Virus record (IMG/VR): IMGVR_UViG_3300042890_002721
Coordinates: 8,647-72,646 of that record
Length of the DNA: 64,000 bases
Strand: one strand, 5' to 3'
From: a virus
Shown here: positions 60,057 through 64,000 of the stretch, piece after piece
How the letters are laid out: each line of letters opens with the position of its first letter
Numbering within the stretch: position 1 is the stretch's first letter
Notes under the pieces: model-generated
Told to the model about the DNA's origin: nothing
Seen by the model: the letters and a program-made list of their open reading frames with translations, nothing else
The model's database searches: none
Program-made: the position numbers and the translations under genes

Positions 60057-61118
60057 TTAAATGTTTTTAATGTTCGTAATTTCTCTTTTGAGTAAGTTCT
60101 TAAATGGTATTAAATATTCTTGGTATCTAAATTCACCCATCTCTTTATCTAATCCATCTTTTACCATCATATCATAAACCTCTTTAAATTCTATGTTGTC
60201 TATGAAACCATCAATTAGTTCTTCTAATTGTTCTACACCATCTTGTGTCATCATAGGTTCTTTTAGGTTAACTAATAAATGATTAATTTCATATAATTTA
60301 TCACCTTGAACTCCTTCTGTAACACAGTTAATAATATTATCTAATATCATTAATGGTTTTTTCTTGTTTGTTATTCTTTCTAATTGTTGTTTTTTCGCAT
60401 CATCTATTATCTCATTTAAGGTTAATTTTCTTTCTTTTAACATTGGGAAGAGCGTTATTAGCTTCTTTTGACCTAATCCTTTAATACCTTTTATGGTATC
60501 ACTATTGTCACCAATCATTGTTTTAATTAGAGCAGCGTTCTCGTAATTATATGCAAAGTACGAATAAAAGTTGGTTGTGTCAACATAATTTTTAATTGCA
60601 GAGTCACAAAAGTATATTTTAATGTCATCCTCAATCAACTGAGCCATGTCTCTATCGTTTGTAATTATAGTGATTTTCTCGTTTGATTTCTTATTCAAAC
60701 AGTAGTAAGCAATGAAATCATCACCTTCAATGATTGAGTGCTTTAATTGTCTTATATGGAGCTCATTTAAGTAATCCCAAACTCTTCTGCGTTGAAGTAA
60801 TTCATCTTCATCTATTGGTTGGGTACCATTTATGTAGTCTTTACCTCGACCACTTTTATAAGGTTGATATATTTCATACCTTAATTTACCACTAAAATTA
60901 CCATCCCAAAAAACAAATACCTTATGGTATAAGTCTTCAGATAGCATTTTTCGTAACATTGTTAGGAATTGGTAAACACCACCTATGGGTTTACCTTGTG
61001 AATTATACATCTGTTTGGCACCGAAAAAGCCCGTTTTAAATAAGGCATTTCCGTCTACCAACAGTGTATTTGTTTTCTTAATTTGTTTTTCACCACTACG
61101 TGGAGGTCTTTTGTTCAT
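60057..61118 (-). CDS. 5'-3' exonuclease / flap endonuclease (T4 RNase H or PolA N-terminal type)
   Basis: LLVDGN, VFWDG, R..IY..YK..R, EGDD.IA, DRDM.QL, GD.SD.IKGIKGLG.K. Confidence 0.92.
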   Translation of the reverse strand: MNKRPPRSGEKQIKKTNTLLVDGNALFKTGFFGAKQMYNSQGKPIGGVYQFLTMLRKMLSEDLYHKVFVFWDGNFSGKLRYEIYQPYKSGRGKDYINGTQPIDEDELLQRRRVWDYLNELHIRQLKHSIIEGDDFIAYYCLNKKSNEKITIITNDRDMAQLIEDDIKIYFCDSAIKNYVDTTNFYSYFAYNYENAALIKTMIGDNSDTIKGIKGLGQKKLITLFPMLKERKLTLNEIIDDAKKQQLERITNKKKPLMILDNIINCVTEGVQGDKLYEINHLLVNLKEPMMTQDGVEQLEELIDGFIDNIEFKEVYDMMVKDGLDKEMGEFRYQEYLIPFKNLLKREITNIKNI

Positions 61119-61144
61119 GTTTGAACATTTAAATAGTTAATACT

Positions 61145-62248
61145 CTATTCTCTGATGTCGTCACCTTCCATCGTTCCTTCTTCTTCAATAAACTCAAGTT
61201 CTACATCATAACTAACATTTAATGCGTCATGGATGAACTTTCTATTTTTTGTTTTGTAAGCATCTAACTCATCTGGGTTAACATACCCATGTGGTGTTGA
61301 TGCAATAGTACCATTTCTTTCAATACCAGTAACGTGATTCTTCTCACATCTAATCTTAGCTTCAGTTCCATATTGGAAATCTTGACCTAATGCTTTAGCT
61401 GTTAATTTTTTAGTACCATGTGTTAAAATACCACCGATGTGAACAATTATTCTAGAGTTAAAGAACATGAACTCACCACCTTTATGTTTAACAACAACAC
61501 CATTCATACTATCTAACCAAATCTTTTGAACACAAACCATCGTATTTGTGTATTCACTTTCTAATGAACGACTAGAAGGGATTTTAAAATTAACTATAGC
61601 TTGAAAAGCACCCATAGCACCAGCATTCCACATATTGTTACTTGTGTTTGAACAAGCAGATTTGTAACAGTTAAGTGTACCAATTGAATCCCATAAGAAA
61701 CACATATTAGTATTGATAATACCTTCCTCTTGTTTTTGAATCATTTCAGATATAAAGTAAGAAACATCTTCGATAACTGGCTCAAGTCTTGTTGGTTTGG
61801 TCATCATCTTACTATTCTGATGGTCGTAGTTTTTATATCTATTATACAAATCAGAACTTCTCATAAGAATAAACCCATCTGGTTTTTCTGTTATTTCACC
61901 AGTTTTCTCATTAACAACTTCAATAAATTTAACACCAACTTGTTTTGCGTGTTCCGTATTCCAGTTACCTTCTGTTTCAATGACAATTGCCATATCACCA
62001 ATTTTTTGACATCCAGCAATTGCTTCATAGAAAGCAGTTGATTTACCAGTGTTTGAGTAACCTCTAACTAGAGATACATAACCACGTGGAAAACCTGGTA
62101 ATTTTAATGCGTCATGCCAAGCCTTAGATAATGGAATCCATGTTAAATCTTTATCCTTTGGTTCTGAATTTATGTTTTCTGTTTCTAAAAACGCATCTAA
62201 ATCAAATGGTTTTTTTTCAATTGCTTTTTTTTCTGGTTTTTTGGCCAT
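61145..62248 (-). CDS. RecA/UvsX-like recombinase
   Basis: G.P.G, Walker A GYSNTGKST, IETE, LWDSIG, KGG, KNHV. Confidence 0.85.
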   Translation of the reverse strand: MAKKPEKKAIEKKPFDLDAFLETENINSEPKDKDLTWIPLSKAWHDALKLPGFPRGYVSLVRGYSNTGKSTAFYEAIAGCQKIGDMAIVIETEGNWNTEHAKQVGVKFIEVVNEKTGEITEKPDGFILMRSSDLYNRYKNYDHQNSKMMTKPTRLEPVIEDVSYFISEMIQKQEEGIINTNMCFLWDSIGTLNCYKSACSNTSNNMWNAGAMGAFQAIVNFKIPSSRSLESEYTNTMVCVQKIWLDSMNGVVVKHKGGEFMFFNSRIIVHIGGILTHGTKKLTAKALGQDFQYGTEAKIRCEKNHVTGIERNGTIASTPHGYVNPDELDAYKTKNRKFIHDALNVSYDVELEFIEEEGTMEGDDIRE

Positions 62249-62283
62249 CTTTTGTTAAGTTAATACTCATGTTATTTTAGAAC

Positions 62284-62309
62284 AAAAAAGGAGCAATCCC
62301 TCACTCCTT
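62284..62309 (-). terminator. Probable terminator after SSB gene
   Basis: aaggag-N10-ctcctt stem with A-tract. Confidence 0.5.
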
Positions 62310-62333
62310 CTTGTTTTTTTTTTATACCATTAA

Positions 62334-63263
62334 TTAAAATGGTAATTCATCTTCAGTTCCCTCAGAATCAACAGTTACCTCAGAATCAACAGTTTCAGAA
62401 ACAGTCTCAACTTTAGTTTTTGTTGTTGAAGCTTTTACATTAGCTTTTACATTTTCAACACCAATTGTAATTTCTGCTTCAATTCCATCACCACCTTCAT
62501 TAGTAACTGATTCTCTATCAACGAATTTCTTTTCGTCTTTATCCCATACTGGAATACCACCTTTAACAACGATTTCCATGTACTCGTAAGATTTGATAGC
62601 GTAAACATCTTCCCAAGTTCTAGCATCATTTAACCATTCAGTAGAAATTTCAGAATCTTCTGATAATACAGATGGGTCTAAGTGAGAAATAGATGAAACT
62701 GTTGGTTTACCTAATTGATTTCTATTGATTGTGATAGATAAATCACGACCAGTTTCTGGGTTAGTTACATCTTTTTTGATTGCTAACAAAACACCTTGAA
62801 TCTTATCCAAGATACCTTCTTTTCTCCAATCATGTGCGAATCTCCAGAACTTAACACCTAAATGTTCGTTATCTCTGTCAATTACTTTAACAACGTAAAA
62901 TAATTTAGCGTTGTATTTTTTAGCCAATTCTTTATCAGAATCTTTACCAGTTGCACGCAAAGCATCATTTGCCTCACAAAATGGACATGCTTCACCTTTC
63001 TCATGTTTTAAACATGGAATTTTAGACCATTTACCATCAACTTGAACACTATGTGCATATAATTCCGTAAATGGACTAGTCCCATCTTGTGTTGGTAATA
63101 TACGTACCGTTTTTGTTGCAGACTTTACTTTATCATCGATATAAGTATTAAAGTAGTTATCTAAGTTATAAACCTTAGCTTCTGTTGATTTCGTGTACTT
63201 AGGTTTATTGTTAGCCTCGTACTGTGCTAGCATTGCCTCTAGCGGATTTTTTGTTTCACTCAT
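62334..63263 (-). CDS. Single-stranded DNA-binding protein (T4 gp32-like)
   Basis: RILP....PF...H, C......CPFCE, VIDRD...G.KFW, GRDL.I, acidic tail ending ELPF. Confidence 0.88.
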   Translation of the reverse strand: MSETKNPLEAMLAQYEANNKPKYTKSTEAKVYNLDNYFNTYIDDKVKSATKTVRILPTQDGTSPFTELYAHSVQVDGKWSKIPCLKHEKGEACPFCEANDALRATGKDSDKELAKKYNAKLFYVVKVIDRDNEHLGVKFWRFAHDWRKEGILDKIQGVLLAIKKDVTNPETGRDLSITINRNQLGKPTVSSISHLDPSVLSEDSEISTEWLNDARTWEDVYAIKSYEYMEIVVKGGIPVWDKDEKKFVDRESVTNEGGDGIEAEITIGVENVKANVKASTTKTKVETVSETVDSEVTVDSEGTEDELPF

Positions 63264-63316
63264 TTGTTCTGTTTTTATTTATTTAACTGTTATTTATTTA
63301 CGTTCTTAAGTTATTA

Positions 63317-63433
63317 CAAATATACTATATTTTTCATAAAAGTCAAGTAAAATTATGATGTTTTAATGATATTTTTTAACATTAAAACCAACTAATTTTT
63401 ACAAATTTACTAACATTTTAAATAAGATGCAAG
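63317..63433 (-). promoter_or_regulatory. Two tandem Bacteroidota-type promoters
   Basis: CTTGCA-N18-TAAATTTG (63402-63433) and CTTGAC-N17-TATATTTG (63317-63347). Confidence 0.7.
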
Positions 63434-63461
63434 TAAAAATTGAAATAAAAATAAATAAAAT

Positions 63462-63489
63462 AAAAAAGGCCCTATAATAGAGCCTTTTT
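63462..63489 (-). terminator. Rho-independent terminator
   Basis: aaaaaggccctat-a-atagagccttttt hairpin. Confidence 0.7.
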
Positions 63490-63509
63490 GAGTGTTTTTA
63501 ATATGTTTT

Positions 63510-64000
63510 TTAAATATCTTCTTCTTCGTAATCATCTTTAACGGTGAAACTTTGTTTTATATCACCTTCGGAATAACTACTATCAACATCATCTTGTGTT
63601 AATGTGTATTCTTCATCTTCTTTTTCATTACCCATAACATCATAAGCACCTTCTTTGTCAGCCCAATAATCAGTTAATTTTTGTGAATAAGGATAAGAAC
63701 TTAATGAACGCATCTCCAATTTTTCAACTGGTGTTGGGTTTCTTTTGATTATTTCTTGTTCCAATTCAGATATCTTACTACTAACATTATCCATACTAGC
63801 AACACGTGATTCTAAATCACTAAGTTTTTGTAATAACATTTCTGAATTTTGACTAGCTCTATCAGCAGACATTTTAGCTTCCTCTGAACCTTTAACTAAT
63901 TCAGTAACATCAATCTCAACATCATCACTAGCTGGTTCTTCCATAGGTGGTGCTGGAGCCGCTTCTGGGGTTGGTGGAACATCACCACCCATATCACCAC
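63510..64000 (-). CDS. Acidic hypothetical protein, 5' end outside the window
   Basis: EIDVTELV, PTPVEKLEMRSL.SYPY..KL.DYW; frame is open to the window edge. Confidence 0.7.
   Translation of the reverse strand, partial: GDMGGDVPPTPEAAPAPPMEEPASDDVEIDVTELVKGSEEAKMSADRASQNSEMLLQKLSDLESRVASMDNVSSKISELEQEIIKRNPTPVEKLEMRSLSSYPYSQKLTDYWADKEGAYDVMGNEKEDEEYTLTQDDVDSSYSEGDIKQSFTVKDDYEEEDI

Overview
AT-rich, densely coding segment of a large T4-like (myovirus/jumbo-type) phage genome, with almost all genes on the minus strand and the standard genetic code. The host is probably Bacteroidota, judging from TAnnTTTG -7 promoters, a Bacteroidota-type short RpoD and an Hc1-like protein. In transcription order (right to left) it holds a replication/recombination block (gp32-like SSB, RecA/UvsX, 5'-3' exonuclease, DnaB-like helicase, nrdB/nrdA), a ~26 kb baseplate/tail block (gp25, gp6/J and others), RuvC-like resolvase, primase, PD-(D/E)XK nuclease, SbcD/SbcC, sigma-70, lysis/peptidoglycan genes, acidic putative internal head proteins, NUDIX, RNase HII and a DUF2828-vWA protein. 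The main finding is six free-standing homing endonuclease genes from three unrelated nuclease families (GIY-YIG x2, HNH x1, zinc-finger-repeat/Vsr-like x3). Each sits at a terminus of a host gene, and a duplicate of that terminus is stranded on the other side of the nuclease: two 3' ends (L,D-transpeptidase-like gene, primase) and four 5' ends (three virion genes, nrdB). Five of the six carry a TATTTAT promoter motif, and in three the upstream CTTTT of that motif abuts the junction. This suggests a splicing-free 'gene-end swapping' mode of homing. All family assignments come from reading motifs, not from database searches.
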